From assembly GCA_045603585.1 (NCBI GenBank), contig JAZUMK010000002.1, positions 6,522 to 70,521 of the forward strand: a stretch of 64,000 bases of DNA. The letters are read 5' to 3'. Every line of letters begins with the position of its first letter. The first letter of the stretch is position 1. The DNA comes from Clostridia bacterium. Lineage in GTDB: Bacteria > Bacillota > Clostridia > Christensenellales > CAG-138. The translations under genes were made by a program, and so were the position numbers. The notes under the pieces were generated by a model, which had not been told where the DNA came from, did not search any database, and was given only the letters and a program-made list of their open reading frames with translations. Positions 21,148 to 29,569 of this stretch are shown piece by piece.

Positions 21148-22440
21148 ATGAGCAGCATAATCAATGTACTTGCCAAAGAGCTTATGAGCGACAGCGCTGT
21201 AAAGCAGATTGCAAAGGCCTCCGGCGTAAAGGCGGATCAGGCAGAAAGCGTAATGGGCAATGCAATTCCTCTGCTTGTGCAGGCTATGGCCGACAATGCA
21301 GGCACTCAGGAAGGCGCAGAGTCCCTTTTCGGCGCTTTGGGTCAGCATGCAAGCTCCGAATCCGCAGCGGCTCAGCTGAAAAATGCAGACGCAGTGGACG
21401 GCGATAAGATCATCGGCAAGATACTGGGCAGCAACAAGCAGGGCGTTACCGATGCCCTTGCTCAGAAAGCAGGCATCTCCCGCGGCAATACTGCCTCCAT
21501 TCTGTCTCTGATGGCTCCTGTGCTGCTTTCTCTTATAGGCAACCAGACCAACAATAACAATACCTCTTCCGGAGGACTGTCCTCTCTGCTGTCCCTGTTT
21601 ACCGATGACGACGTGGGACAGAACGGTGCAGGCAACGGCTTTGGCTCCGGTATGGGCAATATCGGTACTGCTCTTCTTATGAGCGCACTGCTTGGCGGTG
21701 GCAACAATAACTCCGGCAATCTGATGGGCGCTCTGCTTGGCGGCGGCAACAATAACAACTCCATGGGCAGCGGCCTTGGCGGCGCATTGCTCTCTTCCAT
21801 GCTGGGCGGCAGCAATAACTCCATGGGCAGCGGCCTTGGCGGAGCTATGCTTTCTTCCATGCTTGGCGGCGGCAATAGCAGCAGCTACAATAATAACAAC
21901 AGCAATAACTCCATGGGCAGCGGTCTGATGGGCGCGCTCCTTGGCGGCGGCAATTCCGGCAACTCCACAGGTCTTGACGGCGCATTGCTGGGCAATAACA
22001 ACAATAACAATGACAGCAGCGCTGATCTGCTTGGTGCACTCCTCGGCGGCAATAACAACAATAACAACAACGCCAACAACGGCGGCGACCTGCTGGGCGC
22101 ACTGCTTGGCGGCAATAACAACAGCTATAACAATAACAACAGCGCCAATAACAGCGGCGACCTGCTTGGCGCACTGTTGGGCGGCAGCTCCAATAACAAC
22201 AACAGCAGCGGCGGCCTGCTGGGTGCGCTTCTCAGCGATGATTCCGATGATAGCAGCAGCAACAGCAGCAGCGGCAATGGCGGAGGCCTTTTCGGCAATC
22301 TGCTGACATCACTGCTTGTTGATGATATGAGCGACATAGACAGAAGCAAAAAGCCTGCCGCAAAGAAGACCGCAGCAAAGAAGCCTGCTGCAAAGAAAAC
22401 AGCAAAGAAGAGCACCCCGAAGAAAATCGTAAAGAAGTAA
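21148..22440 (+). CDS. DUF937-like protein with an Asn/Gly/Leu repeat region and a C-terminal lysine-rich (AKKP) tail
   Basis: The 430-aa product has an N-terminus (SAVKQIAKASGV..AESVMGNAIPLLVQAMADNA) resembling DUF937. It is followed by about 12 (G)ALLGG(N)n units, an acidic Ser/Asp stretch, and KKPAAKKTAAKKPAAKKTAKKSTPKKIVKK. Confidence 0.7.
   Translation: MSSIINVLAKELMSDSAVKQIAKASGVKADQAESVMGNAIPLLVQAMADNAGTQEGAESLFGALGQHASSESAAAQLKNADAVDGDKIIGKILGSNKQGVTDALAQKAGISRGNTASILSLMAPVLLSLIGNQTNNNNTSSGGLSSLLSLFTDDDVGQNGAGNGFGSGMGNIGTALLMSALLGGGNNNSGNLMGALLGGGNNNNSMGSGLGGALLSSMLGGSNNSMGSGLGGAMLSSMLGGGNSSSYNNNNSNNSMGSGLMGALLGGGNSGNSTGLDGALLGNNNNNNDSSADLLGALLGGNNNNNNNANNGGDLLGALLGGNNNSYNNNNSANNSGDLLGALLGGSSNNNNSSGGLLGALLSDDSDDSSSNSSSGNGGGLFGNLLTSLLVDDMSDIDRSKKPAAKKTAAKKPAAKKTAKKSTPKKIVKK
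21667..22320 (+). repeat. Imperfect in-frame tandem repeats (CTGCTTGGCGGCGGCAACAATAAC-like units) inside the DUF937 gene
   Basis: Direct reading shows repeated GCNCTGCTTGGCGG(C)..AA(C/T)AA(C/T) blocks that encode LLGALLGGNNNN. The repeats are coding and are not a CRISPR array or satellite. Confidence 0.8.
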
Positions 22441-22450
22441 TCAGGACTTT

Positions 22451-22487
22451 AGGCTGTCTGACCGGAGTTTATTCTGTCAGACAGCCT
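22451..22487 (+). terminator. Hairpin terminator after the DUF937 gene (weak T-tract)
   Basis: The 12-bp stem is AGGCTGTCTGAC (22451-22462) / GTCAGACAGCCT (22476-22487). It is followed by ATATAT rather than a clean T-run. Confidence 0.5.
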
Positions 22488-22592
22488 ATATATGCATCGC
22501 TTCATTGAAATGAAACACAAGAAGTGGTATAATAGTTTAACACAAGCTCTATATGTATTTAACATATATAAATTGAAGGGAGAAATTGGATA

Positions 22593-23435
22593 ATGGCAAA
22601 GAAGATTGAAAGGGAAGTAGTAAAGGCTTCCTCTGCCAAGAAGGAAACCAAAAAGGCCAAGGCCCCTACCAGAGCGGCAGAGGCTGAAGAGCGTGAAGTA
22701 GTGGAAGTTAAGGACGGCGGCGACAAGCAGACCCGTAAAAAGCGTGCCACCGGCAAGCGCCTGCTGGCCATCTTCTTCTGGCTGCTGGCTATTGCCGCAG
22801 AGGTGATCGTAATTCTCCGCCTTAACGGCTATCTGTACTGGCTGCCTCAGCTGGATATCAAGACCTTTATCATCGGCGGCCTTGTTATCGATATGCTGTT
22901 TGTTATCGTGGGCTCCCTGTTCTGGAAGAAGGCAAACCGCATCAATCCTCCTTCCGAAAAGAACAAGCTCTGGTTCTTCCTGTGCAGCCAGATGGGCCTT
23001 ATCGTGGCTATCATTGCCTTCGTGCCCCTCATCGTTATCCTGCTCAAGGATAAGAGCCTTGATAAGAAGACCAAGAAGATCGTATCTGTGATCGCTGCCA
23101 TCGCTCTGCTCATCGCAGGCGCCGCATCCATCGATTACAACCCCGCTTCCGCAGAGGATCTGGCAGAGGCAAAGAGCGAAGCTGCCGAGCTGGGCTATGG
23201 CGACGTAGTATACTGGACTCAGTACGGCCGCAGCTATCACCTTGATCAGGACTGCCATACTCTGGCTCGCTCCAAGGTGCTTTATGAAGGTACCATGGAT
23301 GAATCCTTCGAAGCAAAGCGCAACGACCCCTGCGATTACTGCGCAGACGGCGATGCTGTAAAGGCCTCTGCCGAAGCCGAAGGCGGCCTCATTGAGGAAG
23401 TTGTAGAGGAAGTAGTGGAAGAAGCAGCCGAATAA
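22593..23435 (+). CDS. Membrane protein with a lysine-rich N-terminus, 4 TM helices and a C-terminal H/C-x-C Zn-like motif
   Basis: The 280-aa product has a GGGAGA RBS 9 nt upstream. Its N-terminus is MAKKIEREVVKASSAKKETKKAKAP. The C-terminus has YWTQYGRSYHLDQDCHTL...CDYCA and ends in EEVVEEVVEEAAE. No family was recognised. Confidence 0.6.
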   Translation: MAKKIEREVVKASSAKKETKKAKAPTRAAEAEEREVVEVKDGGDKQTRKKRATGKRLLAIFFWLLAIAAEVIVILRLNGYLYWLPQLDIKTFIIGGLVIDMLFVIVGSLFWKKANRINPPSEKNKLWFFLCSQMGLIVAIIAFVPLIVILLKDKSLDKKTKKIVSVIAAIALLIAGAASIDYNPASAEDLAEAKSEAAELGYGDVVYWTQYGRSYHLDQDCHTLARSKVLYEGTMDESFEAKRNDPCDYCADGDAVKASAEAEGGLIEEVVEEVVEEAAE

Positions 23436-23451
23436 ACCAAGGCAAAACATT

Positions 23452-23478
23452 AAAGCGCCCCATACGGGGCGCCTTTTG
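23452..23478. terminator. Terminator between convergent genes
   Basis: The stem is GCGCCCC (23455-23461) / GGGGCGC (23466-23472) with an ATAC loop, followed by CTTTTG. Confidence 0.7.
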
Positions 23479-23489
23479 CATGCTCGCGA

Positions 23490-24038
23490 TCACAGATATT
23501 TCACCATATATACTTCGGTTTTTACGCTGCCGTCCTTCAGGTGTGAGCCGCCTTCCAGCCGGCCCCACTGTTCAAAGCCAACGCTTTTATACAGGGCTGT
23601 GCCCTTGTGGTTATCTTCCAGGGCGGTAAGCTCGATTTGCGCATAACCCATATCTTTTGCGCACTGTATGCAGGCATCGGTCAGCAGCCTGCCCATTCCC
23701 AGCCCCCAGTATTCCTTCAGCACCGCTATGCCGAATATTGCTCTGTGGCGAAATTTTATCCTGCCGCTGTAAGGGGCAATGGTGGCGTTTGCGGCGATGG
23801 TATCGCCCATGAATACGGATATCTGTACACTGTTTGGGCTGTGGAGGGTTTTGTCCAGCAGCTCTGCCTCAAATTCAGGGGTTTCTGTTATCTCTTCCGG
23901 ATAGCGGCCGACACATTCCGTCTCTGCGGACATGGCTTTCATGTAGGTAATCATCTGCTCTGCGTGGGCGGAGGAGGGGCTTTGCATCAATGCGGTACGG
24001 CCGTCCTTGAGAGTAACGGTGCGTGCGGTGTAATTCAT
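23490..24038 (-). CDS. GNAT-family N-acetyltransferase
   Basis: The 182-aa product has an acetyl-CoA binding motif of the (Q/R)xxGxG/A type (YWGLGMGRLL) and a typical GNAT beta-alpha layout. Confidence 0.8.
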   Translation of the reverse strand: MNYTARTVTLKDGRTALMQSPSSAHAEQMITYMKAMSAETECVGRYPEEITETPEFEAELLDKTLHSPNSVQISVFMGDTIAANATIAPYSGRIKFRHRAIFGIAVLKEYWGLGMGRLLTDACIQCAKDMGYAQIELTALEDNHKGTALYKSVGFEQWGRLEGGSHLKDGSVKTEVYMVKYL

Positions 24039-24047
24039 GACGTTCTC

Positions 24048-25121
24048 CTATTTGCTGAATAAACTTTTTATGCTTTGGCCTATATTTGCAAGGAAACCGG
24101 AGGAGGCTTTCTGCAATACGGATATGGCGGTGTTTTCCCCGTCCATGGATACGTGAATAGTGCCCAGCTCATCTGTGCGGAATACTTCAATGCCGCTGTT
24201 TGCAAGCTTGTTCAGGGTGCTTTGATGGGGGTGACCGTAGTCGTTGTTTCGGCCTGTGGATATCACCGCGTACTCGGGGGAGGCGGCGGAAAGAAAAGCG
24301 TCGGACAATGAAGAAAGTGAGCCGTGGTGGGGTACTTTCAGCACAGTGCAGCGGAATTTATCCGGGGTGTTTCTTGCGAGGGCGGTGTATTCTGCGGAAT
24401 AAACGCCATCGCCTTCGGCATCTCCGGTGAACAGCATGGAGGTGCTGCCGTAGGAAACCCTGAGTATTGCGCTGTAATTGTTTATGCCGTCATAAGCCAC
24501 ATCTTCATAGGGCGAAAGCACCTCTATGGTGACATCCTCATCCCATTCTATGGAAGGTGTGCGCTCTGCGGAAAGGTAATTTACCCTGAGGGAAGCGGCA
24601 TTAAGCGCAGAGGCCATATCGCTGAAGGCCGCGGATGGATTGGAAACATCCGGCATGTAGAAGGCTTCCACGTCAAAGGAGCGTAGTATGCCGGGCATGC
24701 CGCCGATATGGTCGCTGTGGGGATGGGTGGCGATAACCGCGTCCAGCTTCTTTATGCCCAGGCTTTTTAATACCGAGCGCACCGAGAACATGGCGGTGCT
24801 TTCGCCTGAGTCGATAAGCATTGTCTTTCCGTTTGGGGATATCAGCAGCATGCTGTCGCCCTGCCCCACGTCTATGACGTATACGTCCAGAGAAGGGGCG
24901 GCTTCAGCAGGTGCCGGGGTGGACGAAGGCCCGGCGGAGGGGGAAACAGAGGGCGTGATTTGGGGGAAGCCCGGCAGCTGAATATCCTGAAAGGGATTTT
25001 TTGACATGGCAAAAACCACCGACAGTATAAATACCGCGATGATGATTGCAACAAGAACCTTTCTGAAGAAGGAACCGCGCTGCTTTTTTCTTTTGCTTTC
25101 GGATCTGGCTACCCTTGCCAT
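24048..25121 (-). CDS. Membrane-anchored MBL-fold hydrolase, ComEC C-terminal-domain-like
   Basis: The 357-aa product has an N-terminal TM helix and a Pro/Ser linker. It then carries VIDVGQGDS, ATHPHSDHIGG and VPHHGS motifs, as in the metallo-beta-lactamase domain of ComEC/Rec2. Confidence 0.75.
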   Translation of the reverse strand: MARVARSESKRKKQRGSFFRKVLVAIIIAVFILSVVFAMSKNPFQDIQLPGFPQITPSVSPSAGPSSTPAPAEAAPSLDVYVIDVGQGDSMLLISPNGKTMLIDSGESTAMFSVRSVLKSLGIKKLDAVIATHPHSDHIGGMPGILRSFDVEAFYMPDVSNPSAAFSDMASALNAASLRVNYLSAERTPSIEWDEDVTIEVLSPYEDVAYDGINNYSAILRVSYGSTSMLFTGDAEGDGVYSAEYTALARNTPDKFRCTVLKVPHHGSLSSLSDAFLSAASPEYAVISTGRNNDYGHPHQSTLNKLANSGIEVFRTDELGTIHVSMDGENTAISVLQKASSGFLANIGQSIKSLFSK

Positions 25122-25184
25122 GCTGTCCTCCTGAAATAATGCGCCATATGCATTATATCATATTATATATCACTTGAATAAGCA

Positions 25185-25213
25185 TTGACATATTACGCTG
25201 AGTCGGATAGAAT
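25185..25213 (+). promoter_or_regulatory. Sigma-A-type promoter for the orphan ACP gene
   Basis: The sequence is TTGACA (25185-25190), a 17-nt spacer, then TAGAAT (25208-25213). Confidence 0.5.
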
Positions 25214-25279
25214 GTCATGGTATTTTTTATCAATATTTGCAGTATGATAGAGTATGCTGCAAAGCGGAGGACTTATATT

Positions 25280-25501
25280 ATGCATAATTTCGAACGCATC
25301 TGCGAGATAATGAACGAGGTCGCAGGCGTAGCCCGAGAGCAGGTCACCCCTGAATCCACCGTAGATCAGCTGAATCTGGATTCTCTGGATGTTACCGAGC
25401 TTATCCTCAGCATCGAGGACGAATTCGGCATTCTGGTAGAAGACGATTCCGAGATCAAGTGCGTAAATGATCTGCTGGTAAGGCTGGACAAAATCGCTTA
25501 A
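25280..25501 (+). CDS. Acyl carrier protein (stand-alone)
   Basis: The ATG at 25280 follows a GGAGG RBS. The 73-aa product has the phosphopantetheine-attachment motif LDSLD(V)TEL. The 21-codon N-terminal extension in the track is rejected. Confidence 0.8.
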   Translation: MHNFERICEIMNEVAGVAREQVTPESTVDQLNLDSLDVTELILSIEDEFGILVEDDSEIKCVNDLLVRLDKIA

Positions 25502-25515
25502 TCATCAATTCAAAT

Positions 25516-25555
25516 TAAAAAAACATTCCCGAAGTATTTCGGGAATGTTTTTTAT
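25516..25555. terminator. Bidirectional terminator between the ACP and SDR genes
   Basis: The 12-bp stem is AACATTCCCGAA (25522-25533) / TTCGGGAATGTT (25538-25549). An A-run lies upstream and a T-run downstream. Confidence 0.85.
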
Positions 25556-25564
25556 ATTCGCAGT

Positions 25565-26296
25565 TTATATTATCAATCCGCCGTTTACGCCCAGCACAGC
25601 CCCGGTTATAAATGAGGCTTTTTCCGAGGCGAGGAAAAGTATGGTTTCCGCCACTTCTTCGGGAGTGCCTATGCGGCAAAGGGGAGTTTCGCCGCAGAGG
25701 GCGGTAATATCCTCTGTGGTAAGGTTTTTGTTCATTTCGGTATCTATCACTCCGGGGGCAATGCAGTTTACCCGGATATTTGAGGGGCCCATTTCCTTTG
25801 CAAGGGCCTTTGTAAGGCCTATGAGGGCCGCCTTGGATGCGGAGTATGCCACTTCGCAGCTGCCGCCGGTTACTCCCCATATGGAGGAGACGTTTATGAT
25901 GGAACCGCTTTTTCTGCTTATCATGCCATTTAATACGGCATGGCAGCAGTTGTATGCTCCATCTGTATTTATGGCGAATGTACGCCGCCAATCCGCGGGG
26001 GTGGTGTCGGTAAAGAGCATATCGCAGGATACTCCGGCGTTGTTTACAAGGGCATCAATGCGGCCAAAGGCGTTTTCCGTTTGTTTTACCATGGCAGCGC
26101 AGGCAGCGTAGTCCGATACGTCGCATTTTACGGCTATGGCAGTGCCGCCTATTGCCTTTATTTCCTCCACAAGGGACAGGGCTTCCGCTTGGGAATTATT
26201 ATAATTTGCGGCTACCCACCAGCCTTCTTTTGCAAAGGCAAGGGCTGCGGCGCGGCCGATACCGCGGGAAGCGCCGGTTATCAGTACGGATGGCAT
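25565..26296 (-). CDS. SDR-family oxidoreductase (FabG-like 3-oxoacyl-ACP reductase)
   Basis: The 243-aa product has TGASRGIG, NNAG, the catalytic S..YxxxK (YSASKAA) and PG(V)IDT motifs. Confidence 0.85.
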   Translation of the reverse strand: MPSVLITGASRGIGRAAALAFAKEGWWVAANYNNSQAEALSLVEEIKAIGGTAIAVKCDVSDYAACAAMVKQTENAFGRIDALVNNAGVSCDMLFTDTTPADWRRTFAINTDGAYNCCHAVLNGMISRKSGSIINVSSIWGVTGGSCEVAYSASKAALIGLTKALAKEMGPSNIRVNCIAPGVIDTEMNKNLTTEDITALCGETPLCRIGTPEEVAETILFLASEKASFITGAVLGVNGGLII

Positions 26297-26416
26297 AAAG
26301 CTACCTCCAAAGATGTTTCATGGGATTACATTATCATATTTTTGCGCTTTGTGCCACGGTATACGTTGATTATCGGTAAAAGGGGTATTAAAATCATAAT
26401 CAGGAAGGTGAAAAAT

Positions 26417-27994
26417 ATGTTTGATATACTTATAAAAAACGGAACTGTATACGACGGCAAAAGTGCCCCGTTTATGGGCGATGTGGCTGTTTCAGACGGC
26501 AGGATAGCCGCTGTGGGGAAAATAGACGCAGAGGCGGCAACCGTTATAAATGCAGAGGGCATGTGCGTTGCCCCGGGATTTATCGATATACACCGCCATG
26601 CGGATATGGCGGTATTCCGCAAGGGCTTTGGCGAAGGCGAACTGATGCAGGGCCTTACCACCATAGTAAACGGCAACTGCGGCATGGGCCCTGCTCCTGT
26701 CGGAGAGGATGAAGGGCTAAAGGGCTATCTTAAGCCGGTATTGGGCCGTATAGAGGATAAGGTGGATACATCCTGCACCGCAGGATATATGGCGAGCCTT
26801 GAAAATACAAAGCTGCCGCTGAATGTTGGCATGCTGACAGGCTGCGGCACTATCTGGGCGGGAATACTGGGCTATGGCGGCAGGCATCCGGACGGAGGGG
26901 ATTTCGACAGTTTCCATTCGCTGCTTGAGCGGGAGCTTGGGGCGGGCACCCTTGGGGTATCCCTTGGCCTTGGCTATGCTCCGGAGTGCTTCCTGACCAC
27001 CGAAGAACTGATACGGGGTCTTGCGCCGCTGAAAAATACGGATATACCAATAGCTTTTCATATGCGGCAGGAGGGTGACGGCGTGTGCCGCTCCGTTGAA
27101 GAGGTAATTGCCATAGGCAGGGCGCTGAATGCCCCTGTGCATATCAGCCACCTTAAGGCCATGGGAAAGCGAAACTGGAACAAGCGGATACCCGAGGCGC
27201 TGGAATTGATACAAAATGCCGCAAATGAGGGCGTGGATATAACATTTGATGCATATCCATATACTGCAGGCTCCACCCAGCTGATGCATGTGCTGCCCCC
27301 TGATTTTATCGAAGGGGGAACCGTGAAGGTGATCGAGCGGCTGAAGGATGCCGCCCTCAGAAACCGGCTGGGCGAGCGCATAGCCAAGGGCCGTGATTTT
27401 GACAACATCGCCGGCATGGTGGGCTGGGAGAATATCGTTATCGCCGTGGTAAATACCGAGGCAAATAAGCAATACGAAGGCAGGAGCATTGCGGAGGCAG
27501 CAGAGCTGCGCGGAGAAACTCCTCTGGATTGTCTGTGCAATATACTTATAGAGGAAAACTGCGCTGTAACCATGATAGACTTCATTACCTGTGATGATGA
27601 CATTGCCCGCATATACGGGACAGAGGGAGCAAGCGTCATATCCGATGCCATATATCCCGTGGGCGGAAGACCCCATCCAAGGCTTTACGGAAGCTTCCCG
27701 AGGATAATTCAGCGCTATGTTATGGAGCGGGGGGATATTGCCCTGCAAAGGGCGATAGAGATCATGACATCAGCCCCTGCCCGGGCATTGAGGCTGAAGG
27801 GCAAGGGAAGCATTGCCGTTGGCATGGATGCGGATATCAATATATTTGACCCTGCAAAGATAATGGAAACGGGCAGCTATGACGACCCCTGCCAATATGC
27901 CGCCGGAATGGAATATGTTTTGCTGGGGGGCAGGGTAAAGGTGCATGAAAAAAAGATAATTCAGGATGTAAACGGGGCGGTAATACGCCGCTGA
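26417..27994 (+). CDS. Amidohydrolase of the N-acyl-D-amino-acid deacylase (D-aminoacylase) family
   Basis: The ATG at 26417 gives MFDILIKNGTVYDG...GFIDIHRHAD, the metal-binding HxH motif. The product is 525 aa. The long track ORF from 25940 is an antisense extension over the SDR gene. Confidence 0.75.
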   Translation: MFDILIKNGTVYDGKSAPFMGDVAVSDGRIAAVGKIDAEAATVINAEGMCVAPGFIDIHRHADMAVFRKGFGEGELMQGLTTIVNGNCGMGPAPVGEDEGLKGYLKPVLGRIEDKVDTSCTAGYMASLENTKLPLNVGMLTGCGTIWAGILGYGGRHPDGGDFDSFHSLLERELGAGTLGVSLGLGYAPECFLTTEELIRGLAPLKNTDIPIAFHMRQEGDGVCRSVEEVIAIGRALNAPVHISHLKAMGKRNWNKRIPEALELIQNAANEGVDITFDAYPYTAGSTQLMHVLPPDFIEGGTVKVIERLKDAALRNRLGERIAKGRDFDNIAGMVGWENIVIAVVNTEANKQYEGRSIAEAAELRGETPLDCLCNILIEENCAVTMIDFITCDDDIARIYGTEGASVISDAIYPVGGRPHPRLYGSFPRIIQRYVMERGDIALQRAIEIMTSAPARALRLKGKGSIAVGMDADINIFDPAKIMETGSYDDPCQYAAGMEYVLLGGRVKVHEKKIIQDVNGAVIRR

Positions 27995-28057
27995 AGCACT
28001 GAAAAACGCCTCAAAATAAAAATTTTGCGAAAAACTAAAAAATTTTTAGGTTAGTCA

Positions 28058-28086
28058 TTGAAAATGCGGCGCGGCTGATATATAAT
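28058..28086 (+). promoter_or_regulatory. Near-consensus sigma-A promoter for ygeY-ygeW
   Basis: The sequence is TTGAAA (28058-28063), a 17-nt spacer, then TATAAT (28081-28086), within an AT-rich 180-bp spacer. Confidence 0.6.
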
Positions 28087-28174
28087 TGACAATAAGAAAA
28101 GGGCACACAGCCCAACAGACATTCAATTCCGCATTTTCATCAATTCAATTCTTAAAAACAGAAAGGAATAAACA

Positions 28175-29545
28175 ATGGACTACGAAGGCATCAAAAAAGC
28201 GGCACAGGCTTATATCCCCGACATGACCAAGTTCCTCAGGGACCTTATCGCCATTCCCAGCGAGAGCTGCGATGAAGAGGGCGTTGTTAGGCGCACCATC
28301 GAGGAGATGAACAAGCTGGGCTTTGACAAGGCCGAGATCGATCCCCTGGGCAATGCACTGGGCTGGATGGGCGACGGCGAAAAGATCATTGCCTTCGACG
28401 GACATATCGATACCGTAGGCATCGGCAACATCAACAACTGGGAGCATGACCCCTATGAGGGGTATGAGACTGACGAGATCATCTATGGCCGCGGCGCTTC
28501 CGATCAGGAAGGCGGCGTAGTATCCGCAGTTTACGGTGCCAAGATAATGAAGGATCTGGGCCTCATTCCCGAGGGATACAAGATTCTGGTAGTTGCTTCC
28601 GTACAGGAAGAGGACTGCGACGGTATGTGCTGGCAGTACATCTACAACGAGGATAAGATCGTTCCCGAGTTTGTAGTATCCACCGAGCCCACCGACGGCG
28701 GTATCTATCGCGGTCATCGCGGTCGTATGGAAATCCGCGTAGACGTAAAGGGCGTATCCTGCCACGGTTCCGCTCCCGAGCGCGGCGATAACGCTATCTA
28801 CAAGATGGCTGACATCCTTCAGGAAGTACGCGCCCTCAACGAAAACGATGCCGAGGAAGGCACCGAGATCAAGGGTCTGGTAAAGATGCTGGATGCCAAG
28901 TACAATCCCGATCATTGGGAAGATGCACGCTTCCTGGGCCGCGGCACCATCGCCGCTTCTCAGATATTCTATACTTCTCCTTCCCGCTGTGCCGTTGCAG
29001 ACTCCTGCGCAGTATCCCTTGACCGTCGTATGACCGCCGGTGAAACCTGGGATTCCTGCCTTGAAGAAATCCGCAACCTGCCTGCCTGCAAGAAGTATGG
29101 CGACGACGTAAAGGTTTCCATGTACATGTATGACCGCCCCGCATGGACCGGCCTGGTATACGAGACTGAGTGCTATTTCCCCACCTGGATCAACAAGGAA
29201 AATGCCGCCCACGTACAGGCTCTCTACGATGCCCATAAGGCTCTCTTCGGCGAAGAGCGCATCGGCGTACCCTCTTCCATGGATAAGCGTCATCGTCCCC
29301 TGATCGACAAGTGGACCTTCTCCACCAACGGCGTTTCCATTCAGGGCCGTTACGGTATCCCCTGCGTAGGCTTCGGCCCCGGCGCAGAGAGCCAGGCTCA
29401 TGCCCCCAATGAGATCATCTGGAAGCAGGACCTTGCCACCTGCGCAGCCCTGTATGCCCTTGTTCCCTCCATGTACAAGGCAGAGAACAAGACCGATGAT
29501 GTATGCCAGTTCCGCGCCGGCAAGACCAACAACGACATCCGTTAA
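28175..29545 (+). CDS. ygeY: YgeY-family M20 peptidase-like hydrolase ('selenium metabolism-linked hydrolase')
   Basis: There are long collinear identities with E. coli YgeY as I recall it ([107 protein letters not shown]). Confidence 0.9.
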   Translation: MDYEGIKKAAQAYIPDMTKFLRDLIAIPSESCDEEGVVRRTIEEMNKLGFDKAEIDPLGNALGWMGDGEKIIAFDGHIDTVGIGNINNWEHDPYEGYETDEIIYGRGASDQEGGVVSAVYGAKIMKDLGLIPEGYKILVVASVQEEDCDGMCWQYIYNEDKIVPEFVVSTEPTDGGIYRGHRGRMEIRVDVKGVSCHGSAPERGDNAIYKMADILQEVRALNENDAEEGTEIKGLVKMLDAKYNPDHWEDARFLGRGTIAASQIFYTSPSRCAVADSCAVSLDRRMTAGETWDSCLEEIRNLPACKKYGDDVKVSMYMYDRPAWTGLVYETECYFPTWINKENAAHVQALYDAHKALFGEERIGVPSSMDKRHRPLIDKWTFSTNGVSIQGRYGIPCVGFGPGAESQAHAPNEIIWKQDLATCAALYALVPSMYKAENKTDDVCQFRAGKTNNDIR

Positions 29546-29569
29546 TTTAAAAATATTTGGAGGAATACT

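Noticed and set aside
18757-21348. An 863-aa minus-strand ORF opposite glgP
   Set aside because: This is the same codon-aligned antisense artefact, since both frames are congruent to 1 mod 3. The sense strand encodes a full-length glycogen phosphorylase with the PLP-lysine motif.
21667-22320. Repetitive DNA that might be taken for a CRISPR array or a satellite
   Set aside because: The repeats are short, degenerate and in-frame within a 430-aa ORF. There are no unique spacers of constant length and no cas genes.
22449-23450. A 333-aa minus-strand ORF opposite the lysine-rich membrane protein gene
   Set aside because: The + strand ORF has an RBS, clean TM helices and a terminator. The minus ORF runs through that terminator and has no RBS.
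25940-26416. A 159-codon N-terminal extension of the amidohydrolase ORF
   Set aside because: The extension is antisense to the SDR gene. The family-typical N-terminus MFDILIKNGTVYDG begins at 26417.
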